A stretch of DNA of 64,000 nt from Eledone cirrhosa (Eukaryota). Both the position numbers and the translations under genes were made by a program. The notes beneath the pieces were generated by a model. That model saw only the letters and a program-made list of their open reading frames with translations, did not search any database and had not been told where the DNA came from. Each line of letters starts with the position of its first letter. Within the stretch, counting starts at the first letter, position 1. The stretch spans positions 228,780,001 through 228,844,000 of the forward strand of contig OZ024741.1 of assembly GCA_964016885.1 (NCBI GenBank), read 5' to 3'. Below, one piece after another: positions 1 through 12,277 of the stretch.

Positions 1-340
1 TCCTTAAATTTAGTATTTTTACCATTTGATATTCTTTTCTCAATCTATTTTTTAGATGTAGATTGATACTCTTTAATTGACATTCTGAAAGATATCCTCT
101 TTACGACAGTTCTTTGAAATGCACTCTTGACTTATCTAATAATACTTTTTTTCCTCTTTTTAATCTTCTAACTTTTCACACATCTTTCGACTTAAATAAT
201 ATGTAATTGAAATTCTCATGCTTGAAAAATATATAATATAAAATACCTTATAATCTAACACAAAATAATATATAATTTTCTCTACATACTTTCTGAGTAA
301 ATCATTCATCAAATTTAATGGTTAGCAAATATGATTGGAG

Positions 341-402
341 TTATCTTTTCCTTTTTCCTTTACAATTGTTTGCTCAATTGTAAAGGAAAAAGGAAAAGAT
401 AA
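341..402. repeat. Perfect short inverted repeat
   Basis: TTATCTTTTCCTTTTTCCTTTACAATTG-tttgct-CAATTGTAAAGGAAAAAGGAAAAGATAA. Confidence 0.9.
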
Positions 403-743
403 AATTTATATAATTTCGCTAAATTAACAATATGCTGAAAACATTTTCAATGTTGGAACAAAATATTTGAATCTACAAATTGTTCTCCTCTTACAACTTG
501 AACTACGTCTTTTTCTTAAATATTTATGTAAAATGTAAAATCAACATCCTTCGTAACTCATATGAGAAATATAAACAATTAATAAGTGTGGTTTATTTCT
601 ATAAAATCACCAATAATATTTATACTTGCACAATTTTTAATCTTTATAGATATTTATATACTTACAACCTGTTGTAATGTAATACGAGAAAATGTTCTTA
701 CATCCATAATTCTCCATATAATCTAATTGATTATATATACAAT

Positions 744-1058
744 ATTATTAGGATATATATATATATATATATGTGTGTGTGTAGGAAGAAGAAAGAGAAA
801 GAATGAAAAGCTTGTATTTACGTGAATTTAAAAAAGAATTAACAGTTTGTAGGAATGGTGGAATATGATTCCACAATTTAAAAAAAATGATTTAGCTATA
901 TTATGTGTTCATAATATAGCTAAATATATATTTTTTAATTCTGGAGTCATATTCCACTATTTCTACAAACTGTTAATTCTTTTTAAATTCACGTAAATAC
1001 AAGCTTTTCTTTCTTTCTCTTTCTTCTTCCTACACATACATACATATATCCTAATAAT
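744..1058. repeat. Long imperfect fold-back (about 150 bp arms)
   Basis: GTAGGAAGAAGAAAGAG...GCTATATTATG tgtt CATAATATAGC...CTCTTTCTTCTTCCTAC; axis near 907. Confidence 0.9.
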
Positions 1059-1251
1059 TATTTAAATCTACCTAACGTCTAAAAATAACGTTTTTTTAAG
1101 CCCTATACCTCAACCTCATTTGCATACTCATCTTAATAATTTGAAATATTTGACTTTTCTTCCCTTTCCCTTCTTTCTTTTTACTATCCAGGAAAATCTT
1201 GAACCGTTAAGATCTTCTTCCTGGATATGTCAATATTTATAAAACAAACTT

Positions 1252-1316
1252 TGTATTTTATCTGATGAGAGCGTACCAAAGTTTTGGTACCCTTGAAATA
1301 TCTATAATTGAATAAA
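1252..1316 (+). ncRNA. Type I hammerhead ribozyme (family A)
   Basis: TGTATTTTAT-CTGATGA-gagcGTACC aaagtttt GGTACcctt-GAAA-TATCTATA-ATTGAATAAA; conserved core, imperfect helix I. Confidence 0.75.
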
Positions 1317-1449
1317 TATGGTTTTGTAAATATAGTTTCCATTTTTTAATATCATTGAATATTATACTCCAGAAAATTTGTCGAGTGCTTCAAATCAGTT
1401 ATAAACATATATATTTGTTGAATTACCAACAAATTAAATATCCCTTTTG

Positions 1450-1511
<62 letters not shown>

Positions 1512-2129
1512 CGATGTGCAACTATTGTTTCTGTCGAAAAATACCCACACACAAGGCATTATGCAACCTGACTCATTGACTCTATGGTAGAAAACGCGTA
1601 GCAAATGGACTACACAGAGCACAGAGCCATGTCCTTGCCTATATGTGAGTGCGTGTGTTTACGTGTCTGTCTGTGTGTCCGTGTGCATGTCTCTGTGTCT
1701 GTCTGTGTGTGCGCACGAACGTTTTGTCTTTTTACTGACGCATGGTCATAATCACTACATTTCCTATAGCCGTATTTCTTTGGTTGACCATTGATTAATA
1801 AGGGAGTTTATCATCACTACCATCATTTCTGTTCCTTGCCTTCGTCTGGGCTCGCCTGGAATCTAAAGCGGTAGAACGTTGTGATGCTTCGTGAAAGCAT
1901 TCACCTTCATTTTGAGTACATCTATCAAGTTATTTGATAAGATGTTGAAGAGCAGTAGGCCCTCAAACCCTCAGCTATTGCTGTATCTGTTCCTTATTCT
2001 AGATAGTGAGTGTGGGACTATGGAAACTATTCAGTGGTGTCCTGTTCAGATATTTGTTTAGGCCCCAACGCCAAAGTTTACAGCTAGTCCTGCCAGGATC
2101 TTCATAGGTATATATATATTGTGTCAGGT

Positions 2130-2726
2130 CACCAGTTGGTGCTACTGGTAACATGTATCCCAGTACAACCTGTCTCATGGTCGGGTCGTTGGTGACTAAA
2201 CTGGCAACCCCACCAAGGTTTCTTGGTGAGGAGGGTGACTTTGGACATCCTGCAGGACTAAAAACAAAACCTGTCAAAGGGCAAAGGAGCTCTTAAGAGT
2301 CAATGGCCTTCCAAAATCACCGGGAGAGATGACCCCTTAGCCTTTGTCAAGGCAGAATTCTAGGAGAAGGAAAACTCTGATATAACACCTGGAACCCTGA
2401 TGGTATCCAATGATGTTGCCTTGTTCTTCTTTTTGGTAAATATCATCTTGGTTAAGAGAGTGGGGCTGGCTTTGTGCAATGCCTTTGCTCACTATAAAAG
2501 CTTCACGGCACAGGCATTGCTTTATATCTGGAGATCTCTCTGCACTTGTCATCACATGGTACCATGGGCCCAGCACTATGTGTCAATAATTGTCACAGGT
2601 GTAGTGTTTGTACCAGAGTTTTCAAGTCGCAGGCTGGACTAAAAAGTCACTCGTTCAGCGCATCGGTAGGGGTTCTCCTACATGGATATAAAGTAGTGGC
2701 CGTACTCGAAAACGAGTTGGCAGCCA

Positions 2727-2730
<4 letters not shown>
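2130..2730 (+). mobile_element. Internally deleted RTE-like non-LTR element (putative 5' region joined to 3' end)
   Basis: 3' part encodes CSVCTRVFKSQAGLKSHS (zinc-finger-like) and ends ...GCAGCCACC(AT)n; 5' part recurs at 58758-59350, 3' part at 27400-27515 and 57733-57884. Confidence 0.6.
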
Positions 2731-2768
<38 letters not shown>

Positions 2769-3285
2769 GGGGGGGGGTGTATGGGGCGAATTATCAGTAG
2801 AACGTCGGATGCAATGCTTTGCTTTGCAGTATTCGTTCCGGCTCTCTGCGCTTTCTGAGTTCAAATCCCATTCGACTTTGCATTTCATCCTTTCGATGTC
2901 AATAAGAAAAAGGACCAATTCAATTCTGGTGATAATCTTTCCTCTATATCTCTTACTCGATTTTTTTTCTCTCACTCCCGCTTTTTCATTCTCTTGAGGA
3001 ATCCGTATGCTTTCAGAACTTGAGTGAGAATGGACTTCAACAAATTTTAAGTGCCCAGGACATGCCTAATAAACATTTGAAAGCCTTTAATTATGAGTTT
3101 TAAAGGGGATTACAGACGTCAGAAGAAGCAAGCGGAAGCAACCGACAGTGCTGTTTCTGGCTGATTGGTCGATAACCAGGTCACGTATTCACTTCCTTGC
3201 CACTTACTGGAACTCAGTTTGTATATGCGCTGTTTAACCTCATTTGCATACGGAACTTAAGCCGGCTTGGCCTCAGTAAGAGTTA

Positions 3286-3501
3286 GAATTACGATGTTAG
3301 CTCCACCATAGCTGTATACATATGTGTATGTCAAAGCTGTATATCGAATAATATACGTTATGTTTATCACGTCAGTCATCACCTTTTAAGTTCATGGCTA
3401 AGGGCTTTCAAATATTTATTCGAATATATATCGTATATTATTCGATATACAAGCTACACAAACGTATGTATACAGATGTGTTGGAGCGAACATCCTAATT
3501 C
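3286..3501. repeat. Imperfect fold-back element
   Basis: GAATTACGATGTTAGCTCCA...TCGAATAATATACG paired with CGTATATTATTCGA...TGGAGCGAACATCCTAATTC. Confidence 0.75.
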
Positions 3502-3540
<39 letters not shown>

Positions 3541-3548
3541 AGGATGCA

Positions 3549-3616
<68 letters not shown>

Positions 3617-3692
3617 CATATATATATGTGTGTGTGTGTGGGGGGGGGTATATGTATGTATGTACATGAATATGTACATATTTATATATAAG

Positions 3693-3878
3693 AATTGTTT
3701 CTACTTTTGGCACAAGGCCAGCAATTACCCAGTGCATTACTGATACTTTATTTTATCGACCCCTTAAGGATGAAAGGCAAAGTTAACCTCGGCGGCATTT
3801 GAACTCAGAATGGCAAGGGCCGTAACTCTATGCGTCAAAGCATGGCGTCCGACCCTCTACCGACACTGCCAATCCACC
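3693..3878 (-). mobile_element. tRNA-derived SINE family 1 (octopod-like)
   Basis: Reverse complement has A box TGGCAGTGTCGG, B box GAGTTCAAATGC and the tail GGGTCGATAAAATAAAG...TAGAAACAATT; more than 12 copies in the window. Confidence 0.85.
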
Positions 3879-3974
3879 TCACTTATATTTATATATAATA
3901 ATATGCATGGATGAGGTGTCAATTGTTCATTACGTTTATTCAGGTGTAAACTATATGTATATAAATATAAATAA

Positions 3975-4116
3975 GTGAAGGCCTGTGGCTGAGTGGTTAG
4001 AGAATTGGATTCACAATCGTGAGGTTGTGAGTTCGATTCCTGGACCAGGCGATGCGTTATGTCCTTGAGCAAGACACTTTATTTCACGTTGCTCCTTCTA
4101 CCTGGAGTTGCGACCG
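3975..4116 (+). mobile_element. tRNA-derived SINE family 2, 3' truncated
   Basis: TGGCTGAGTGG A box, GAGTTCGATTCC B box, then TGTCCTTGAGCAAGACACTT (CORE/Meta-like domain). Confidence 0.85.
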
Positions 4117-4121
4117 TATAT

Positions 4122-4755
4122 AAATATAAATTAGCGAGAATCGCATTTTGGCTATTGGAAATTAGCGAAAAACAACTTCCGAGATGTGTGCAAGCGCTCC
4201 ATAGAAACTAGTACACTAAAGCAACAATGTAAGTTAAAAAGCCAAACACACTGAGACGATGGTTAAACCATGATCCGCTAAGCCATAGAAACGACCAGGC
4301 CATACGGGTCAAACAAATAATAAAATATGATTGAAAATTATACCCGGACCTCTGGAAACGGTGGTAAGATCCAATATGGGGTTTCTGCAACTCCTAAATC
4401 AGGTACTGGCTGCTTAAACAAATAATGTTAAGCTTTTGGTATGATGATCGAACAAGGAAGTCACTTTTTCAACTGGCATTTAGTTCGATGCAAAGCTAAG
4501 GACTGACCGTGTGATGTATTAAGGGAGACAACCCCTAGTCTTGGCGGATGAATTCAATATGTGAGTTATTGCAAAATTGCAAAATATCACAAAACGTATT
4601 AAGCTCTCAACAGATTAGTTTTTAAAATTAACAAGAGCTATTAATCAGTCAATAGAATTAACTAAAATTTCAAAAAAATTAACTGATTAATGGGTAGACT
4701 CGGGAGATTAATACAAATATAAATTAGCGAGAATCGCATTTCGGCTATTGGAATA
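4122..4755 (-). mobile_element. About 590 bp non-coding repeat with ~40 bp terminal direct repeat, homologous to 41880-42470
   Basis: AAATATAAATTAGCGAGAATCGCATTTYGGCTATTGGAA at 4122 and 4715; shares GCAAGCGCTCCA and AAAAACTA...GTTGAG.GCTT with 41880-42470. Confidence 0.6.
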
Positions 4756-4789
4756 TTTAAATATTCATTTTATTATGGCTAAATAATGA

Positions 4790-4880
4790 GTCTTGTTACT
4801 CAGTAATTTGGCCTGTTTCTTACAGGTCATCTTGTTTAATGTCCATATGAAAAACAGGCGAATCTCCAGAGTAACAAGAC
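4790..4880 (-). ncRNA. Degenerate hammerhead-like fold (family D)
   Basis: 11-bp helix GTCTTGTTACT/AGTAACAAGAC enclosing CTGGAGA, GCCTGTTT/AAACAGGC stem, CAAA, TTACTG. Confidence 0.5.
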
Positions 4881-4894
4881 ACACGAGACATATG

Positions 4895-4949
<55 letters not shown>

Positions 4950-5099
4950 TCAGGTTATCAATAATGAAGTGGTAATATATCATCACGTTAGAGATGAACA
5001 GCGTACGTGTAGGTTTGCTCAACGAGTATAAATTATATCCCGGAGAAACTGTAGAAAAGATGAATATAAAATGAAAGTGCTTTTATAAAGGAATTTATT

Positions 5100-5221
5100 A
5101 GGTATTGACATATGTTTCTGTAACAGACGGAATACCTATGTATCGTTGCTTGCGTAATCATATAATGTTAGCAAGTATTCGATAGCAAATGTATAATCAG
5201 TTGTCATTTCTTCAGACATAT
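5100..5221 (-). ncRNA. Hammerhead with expanded domain II
   Basis: Reverse complement: CTGAAGA (5215-5209), ~90 nt closed by TGACA/TGTTA, GAAA, palindromic ACATATGT then C (GUC site); helix I weak. Confidence 0.55.
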
Positions 5222-5699
5222 TGGATAAATTGGAAAAAATCAGAAAAATTGAAGTATTTATATTAGTTGTAAGAAAGGAAGTAGAGAGGGGATAGTATAT
5301 GACAGATGGCAATTCAATTTACTGGTAAACAAGTATATAAAAGGTTTCTAATGAGAATACAATGAGTATATGGTTTATTTTATCTAAATAAGAATTTTTT
5401 GGAGTGCCTATTTTAATCTATACTTGACCAATTGAACAATGGACAGGGCTGGTCGTTTGGTGTAGTAGTATTAATAGATATAAAGTGTCAATTAAGGAAG
5501 AGGGAGGTTTTCACTGCTACTGAATAACAACAATGCTGGTAGCCTGCTGGTATATGCATTAGGGAATTGAATTAAGAAATCTCATTTTATCTATAGCAGT
5601 TTATATTAAATGGTAAAGAATAGAAGAGTTGATAGAATTAATACTAATAGAGAATGTTAATATGTATTTTGACAATCAAACGGAGATGGAGACAGGCGT

Positions 5700-6452
5700 T
5701 CAATCCTTGTAGTATTTGTAATATGAAAATGTAGATTTCAAGCGATGGTTACAGTATAACGATCGCTCTATTCTGTTATTTAATAAAATATTTTAGGATT
5801 TCATAATACAAAATAATTCCATATTACACAATTTACAAAATTCCTGTCCGTGGTATTATGGAGGGGCAGGACTATTATATCCCATTTTAGGTTAAATTGT
5901 TGGTTATTTTCGCGCAGCTGCCAAGCCTTGTCTGCGAGTGTTGTTACATAACGCTGGTTTTCATGTTTTATCGAGTAACGATGTCTATAAAGGCGAGATT
6001 TGAAGGAGGTAGCTGTAGACCCCACATAGAACCACTTCTGGCTATCCGATTCGATAGTACATGTGTATATCATGTTGCGTTCAAGACACTGATTGTTCAA
6101 CGGACACATTCCTGGTTGGACACAGTTACAGTTATAATTTTGCGTTGTTGTATTGGCATGGATGGGTTGATGAGGTTGCTTAGGTAGGACGGGATGTTGT
6201 TTGTTGTTTTGTGATGTTATAGCCGATGTTTTACGTGTATTGTTATGTGTTAGAAGGCGTTTATACAACCGTTTTGCGTTAAGCTTTTTTATATGTTGTT
6301 CAATATTAGGGGCGGTTGAATATGAAAGTCGAATAGTGTCAGGGTTTAAGATTTTATTATATTTATGTGATGTTGGAAAGTGTTTTTTTAACTAATAGAA
6401 AGAATTATGAGGGTAGATTGGTTTTAATAGAGTTGTTATAGACCGGGTTGTA

Positions 6453-6454
<2 letters not shown>
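5700..6454 (-). pseudogene. PLE linker and GIY-YIG endonuclease, frameshifted
   Basis: WYNPVYN...; CNCVQPGMCPLNNQCLERNMIYTCTI...FYVGSTATSFKSRLYRHRYS...LKWDII, matching the Cys-rich linker and IY-YVG-R-H pattern of PLE GIY-YIG. Confidence 0.88.
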
Positions 6455-6539
<85 letters not shown>

Positions 6540-6600
6540 TCTATATATATTATCCATATGAAAAACAGGCGAAACTCCAGAATAACAAGACACACTAGAC

Positions 6601-6680
<80 letters not shown>

Positions 6681-6726
6681 GTATATATATATATACATAT
6701 GTCTCGTGTGTCTTGTTACTCTTGTT

Positions 6727-8725
6727 ACTTGCTTAAACTTTTCACCCTTAACGGGATCTTCTGAAACTAACAAAGTAAATCTGTAAACGCAGAAGTGGAT
6801 ATTTCAAAAAACGTTGCAACCGGAGGAAGACAGGAAGATGATACTTTGGTTCGTGAAAACGTTCACTGGCAAAGAACGGGAAAAAACGAATATAATACGT
6901 CATTAATAGGAGCGGTGAAAAACAATTACGCGCAGACAGAACCACGTTTATGGTATAAAAGAAGTCGTAGACTAATGTAATCTTAGGTGGTTCATAAAGA
7001 CGTTCTCTGGCAATGAACGGAAAAAACGAAGATAATACGTCATATGTGGTGCGTGGAGAACAATTGCACGCAAAGACAAAACCACGTAAATGGTATAGCT
7101 GAAGTCGTAGACTAAATTCTAACTAGGAAACTGAATGAATCTCCGCTTCAGAGTTAAGAAAAAAGTAAATAAATACAATACAGGGGTAATAGAAATAAAT
7201 AAATGCATACACACATTCAAATACGTACATACACAAGCATACGCAAAACCCTTGCCATAGGTATACAAAACCACGCACGTATAAATATGTGTGTGTGTGT
7301 ATGTGCGTGTATACAAATACATAATTAAATAAACGTATATAAATAAATAAATACGTATATAACAAGCGCACCCATATACCTACATGTAAATACACAAATG
7401 TTCGAAGACATAAGTCAGCCAAAACATGAAGTACACATATACACACACCCTACATACGTACGAACCTGCATACACACGCAGACGCAAAACTCCCGTATAC
7501 ACATAACCAAACTATATGTACCAGAAAATATAAAAAATGTATACGCCACAACATAATCAATCAAATATATATATGAGGAAGTATACGTACCTTCACAAAC
7601 CATACAGGTAATATATACTTACCTATGCAAATAAGTAATGGTATAAACAAAACATATACTTAGCTACCACATCAAGACGTAAAAAATCCACGTATAGATC
7701 GTACTATCCGTTAGGGTATAATGTGGGGCTGTAATACAGGAAAGTTTTGTGCAATTTATGTTTACAAGCAGAAATTGCCTCAGATTTTTTGTTTAAGATG
7801 TGGTCTGTGGCGTAGAGTATTTCCAGGGCCTCAGTGGCGCAGAGGTCACATGGTCTTTTATTTCCGTTATACGACCTAGCCCTAGCTAGGATCTCCCAGT
7901 GTAACTTAAATTGGGTGTGGTTGTCTTTTAGACTCCAGATATAAGCTGAAAGTGACGTCATATTCCTTCTAAGAGGGTAACGAAAAGAATGGGTATGCAT
8001 GTAAAGAGGCTGCTTGAATCTTTTGGTGGTTAACCCTATGTAGGCCCTACGGGACGTGGGTGTTTCAACCTTACATTTGTAGACAATGTTACTACAGAGG
8101 CATTTCCCGGATAGGGGGCAATCAACCCGATTCCTACAATTACAGTTAGTACTAACTACAGGGTTGCACGTGTTCCTACGGTTAGGTAGTTTAGCTAAAT
8201 TTGAAGCTGTGATGTTATGTGCAAGGTTAGGAGTCGTAGAGTAAGAAATTTTAATAGTATTTCTATTAAAAATTTTACTATATTTATGTGTAGGGGGTAA
8301 ATGCTTCGTAATAAGGGAAAGAAAGAACTTAGCTAAAGATGTGGCCACCTCCATATTATATGGTGGGTCGTACCAACAAATGCGACGGGATCTATTACTT
8401 CTAGGTCTATTTTCGTACTCTGTATATGCTACCTTATCGACAAATCCACTCCGAGCAAGAGCTTCATTGTAATAAGTAGAATGGTCGTTGAAAATATGCT
8501 CGTTAGTAGATAGACGGGAAAGCCTCAACAAAACGTTTCTTACCAGGTTCTTGGTTATGCTGGCAGGATGGTTGGAATGCTTACTTAAGCGTATCATTAG
8601 GCTTTCTATACGGGTAATACAACCCATTCGATAAATAGAGGGTAACGTCGAGGTAATTAACGACCGAGAGATTGGCCTCAACCTGTATAGAGAGGTTGAA
8701 CCTGTCGCAAGCACGAGGTCCACAC
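6727..8725 (-). mobile_element. 5'-truncated Penelope-like (Neptune-type) retroelement with family C pLTR
   Basis: RT-end/GIY-YIG ORF, 3' region with an internal ~140 bp tandem duplication (6860-6975, 7000-7115), and pLTR CAGAAGATCCCGTTAAGGGTGAAA; 3' region repeated at 36540-37330. Confidence 0.88.
7704..8705 (-). pseudogene. PLE RT C-terminus plus GIY-YIG endonuclease, one frameshift near 8581
   Basis: VNYLDVTL...YRKPND, then SNHPASITKN...WYDPPYN...KISYS...CNCRNRVDCPLSGKC...IVYKC...YIGLT...CDLCATE. Confidence 0.92.
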
Positions 8726-8759
8726 TTAGTCATGCATATACATGCACACATATATATGT

Positions 8760-9840
8760 GCACGTATCGGTTTACCGAACATTTATTATAAACAAACACA
8801 TTTATTGTAAACAAACAAACAGCCCGAATTAAGCCGCACAGTGTTTAGGCAACCACGTCACCTTTTTGTTCAACACTGATGGTTGAACGTCTGAAAGTAT
8901 ATACTTTCCCTATGCATATTAACGGCTGAGCAGCCTAATTTGCATATCGAGTGAGTTTAGTCGGCCGGGTGCACCGAAAACGATAAATGGAATAGAAAGA
9001 AACGAAATTTCATTTCTCACTCTTAGTACGGCACTTACTTAAATGTAAGTATGTATGTATACGTACATACATATATGTATACAGACGTACAGTAGTATGT
9101 ATATATATACATACATGCACACATTTATATATGCACGTATCGGTTTACCAAACATTTATTATAATGCTCGGTTTGTTTGTAAACTAACAAACAGCCCGAA
9201 TTATGCCGTACAGTGTTTAGGCAACCACGTCACCTTTTTGTTCAACACTGACACAGGAACGATGTACTAGTTTCAAGCTTATTAGCTATGGTCAGCATCG
9301 TATACCTTCCTGCCAGATGGTTGAACGTCTGAAAGTATGTATTTTCCTTATGCATACTAACGGCTGAGCAGGCTGATTTGCATATGGAGTGAATTTAGTC
9401 TGCTGGGTGCACTGAAAACGATAAATGGAATAGAATAAAACGAAATTTCATTTCTCACTCTTAGTACAGCATTTACTTAAATGTAAGTATGTATGTATTT
9501 ATACGTACATACATATAAGTATACAGACGTACATTAGTATGTATATATATATACATACATGCACACCTATATATATATATATATATGCACGTATCGGTTT
9601 ACCGAACATTTATTATAATGCTCGGTTTGTTTGTAAACAAACAAACGGCCCGAATTACGCCGTACAGTTTTTAGGCAACCACGTCACCTTTTTGTTCAAT
9701 ACTGACACAGGAACGATGTACTAGTTTCAAGCTTATTAGCTATCGTCAGCGTTGTATACCTTCCTGCCAGATGGTTGAACGTCTGAAAGTATATACTTTC
9801 CCTATGCATATTAACGGCTGAGCAGCCGAATTTGCATATA
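8760..9840. repeat. Tandem repeat of ~455 bp unit (about 2.5 copies; relics at 10745-10915 and inverted at 11370-11470)
   Basis: GCACGTATCGGTTTACC.AACATTTATTATA at ~8760, 9133 and 9588; shared GATGGTTGAACGTCTGAAAGTA and TTAGGCAACCACGTCACC. Confidence 0.9.
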
Positions 9841-10039
9841 TATACATATATATATATACATAGATATATATATACACACATATATATATATACATATATA
9901 TATATACATATATATATTAGAAAGTGAGGTTTTTTTTACAAAATGAAAAATAACCGAGGTGTCCTACACGAGTGAAAGTATAAAGAAAAAAAGATGAAAT
10001 CGAAAATGCAACTGGAGTCTTATTTTAAAAAAAATATAT

Positions 10040-10290
10040 TTATATTTATTTGGTTCCTATATATATACTCTTTTACTCTTTTACCTGTTTCAGCCATCCG
10101 GCTGAGGCCATGCTGGGACACCACCCTTGTAATATATAGTAATAATAATATATAGTAATAAAAATATATAGTAATAAAAATATATATATTTATTTGGTTC
10201 CTATATATATATTCTTTTACTCTTTTACCTGTTTCAGCCATCCGGCTGAGGCCATGCTGGGGCACCGCCCTTGTAATATATAGTAATAAT
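10040..10290 (-). repeat. Tandem duplication containing a short SINE-tail-like segment
   Basis: CTTTTACTCTTTTACCTGTTTCAGCCATCCGGCTGAGGCCATGCTGGG occurs twice. Confidence 0.75.
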
Positions 10291-10432
10291 AATAAATTTG
10301 AAGACTAAAATCCAAAGGGGGCTCGATAAGGATAAATATATATCAAATATATAAGAACTGTAGAGCAAATATTTATTAAAATAACAGATTAAATTTTAAG
10401 CAAAGAATCGCTGCTTTCACCCTTAACGGGAT
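10285..10432 (-). mobile_element. Family C pLTR fragment (hammerhead 3' half plus tail)
   Basis: Reverse complement ATCCCGTTAAGGGTGAAAGCAGCGATTCTTTGCTT...AATAAA...GCTC...TCGAGCCC; also at 51840-51970, 55362-55510 and 59790-59960. Confidence 0.75.
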
Positions 10433-10494
10433 TATATACATATATATATATACATATATATATATGTGTATATACATATATACACATATATATG

Positions 10495-10712
10495 GCGAAG
10501 GCGTGTGGCTGAGTGGTTAGAGAATTGGATACACAATCTTGAGGTTGTGAGTTCGATTCCTGGACCGGGCGATGCGTTATGTCCTTGAGCATGGCACTTT
10601 ATTTCACGTTGCTCCTTCTACCTGGAGTTGCGACCGATAGATAGTACTAGCAACTTGAAAGACCTACGGAAACATTGTTTCCTCGGTCCGATTTGACGAA
10701 AGTAGGTCGATC
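10495..10712 (+). mobile_element. SINE family 2, full length
   Basis: A and B boxes, CORE/Meta-like domain, unique tail, flanked by (TA)n. Confidence 0.85.
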
Positions 10713-10914
10713 CTTTATACATATATATACATATATATATATATATGGAAAAGAATGAAATGAAATTTCATTTCTCATTCTTAGTACGGCTGATACTTAA
10801 ATATGAGTATGTATACGTACATACATATATGTATATAGACGTACACTAGTATGTATATAGATACATGCACACACATATATATATGTACGTATGGGTTTAC
10901 GGAACATTTATTAC

Positions 10915-11100
10915 AATTCTTTCTACTTTTGGCACAAGGCCAGCAAATACCCAGTACATTACTGGTTCTTTATTTTATCGACCCCCGTAAGGATAAAGGC
11001 AAAGTTAACCTCGGCAGGATTTGAACTCAGACTGTAAAAGGACTTAACTATGCTAGAAAGCATGGCATCCAACTCTCTACCGATACTGCCAATTCATCGC
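10915..11100 (-). mobile_element. SINE family 1
   Basis: High similarity to 35717-35896. Confidence 0.85.
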
Positions 11101-11102
11101 CC

Positions 11103-11295
11103 TATGTCTCGTGTGTCTTGTTACTCTGGAGTTTCGCCTGTTTTTCATATCTACATCAGACAAGATGACCTGTAAGAAACAGGCCAAATTACTGAGTAAC
11201 AAGACTCATTATTTAGCCATAATAAAATGAATATTTAAAATCTACTTCACCATTGAGTACTCTTTTCTCTCAGCTGTCAATCACATAAGGCTGGA
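11103..11295 (+). mobile_element. Family D pLTR with degenerate hammerhead (11115-11205)
   Basis: GTCTTGTTACT-CTGGAGT-...-CAAA-TTACTG-AGTAACAAGAC, then AATAAA and TACTT...TTGAGTACT (11253). Confidence 0.6.
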
Positions 11296-11543
11296 TGTAT
11301 GTATATATATATACATACATTATTTATTATATACATACATTTAATATAATGTTCGGTTTGTTTGTAAACATTATAATAAATGTTCGGTTTAACCCATACG
11401 TACATATATATATATGTGTGCATGTATGTATATATATACATACTAATGTACGTCTATATACATATATGTATGTACATATACATATCATATATATATATAC
11501 ATATATATATATACATATATATATATACATATATATATTATAC

Positions 11544-11574
<31 letters not shown>

Positions 11575-12208
11575 TATATACATATATATACATATATATA
11601 TATATGTGTGTGTATGTGTGTGCGTGCGTGGGTGTGTGTGTGTGTGGGTGTGTGCGTATGTGTATAGACGTTATAGGGTTAATTATATTTTTAGTATATG
11701 TATAATATATACAGCATATATATATATAATATGTAATATATATGTAGATATGCATGGTCGCGCGTTTGAATACCCACCTTTCAATGTATGTATATATATA
11801 CATGCATACATATATCATATATAATATATATATATATATATAGACAAATATATGTATATATCACAAAAACGATAATACATACGCATATAGTATATACAAG
11901 CGTCCATGAATACATATATAGATACATAAATTTTCGCTTAATTTTTACATACACACAGGTATATGTGTGTGTTTCTACAGTTTGTGGGTGCAGCAAAATG
12001 TCCTTGAAGTATTTCCTTCTTGCATCGTCTTTTCATATTTATACACACTCTAACAAACATATTCACATTCACATACGCCACAATATAAACACAGAATCAC
12101 ACTAATGTTCACACATGCATATACTCAAATATATAAATATATATATTATTCAAAGTTTAGATATTTGCTCTAGAGGTTTATATATATATGTATAACACAC
12201 ACACACAC

Positions 12209-12274
<66 letters not shown>

Positions 12275-12277
<3 letters not shown>

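Larger units (their letters stand above)
1..1453 (+). mobile_element. Putative 3' region and pLTR of a Penelope-like element (family A), ending in (TA)n
   Basis: AT-rich tract leading into a hammerhead at 1252-1316, then AATAAA and an ACTC...TCGAGTGCT tail; the pLTR recurs at 12275-12450, 57520-57690, 58380-58690 and 61080-61210. The 5' extent is uncertain. Confidence 0.55.
4940..6454 (-). mobile_element. 5'-truncated Penelope-like (Neptune-type) retroelement flanked by (TA)n
   Basis: Disrupted ORF 6454-5700, about 750 bp 3' region and a pLTR with hammerhead core at 5100-5221. Confidence 0.85.

Noticed and set aside
3975-4050. tRNA genes at SINE heads (also 10495, 19221, 35717, 52739)
   Set aside because: A and B boxes continue into repeated SINE bodies; no clean acceptor stem or oligo-T terminator
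10650-10690. Hammerhead-like TTGAAAGA-CC-TAC-GG-AAACATTGTT in the SINE family 2 tail
   Set aside because: Core does not fit CUGANGA, there is no helix I, and other copies read TGGAAAGA
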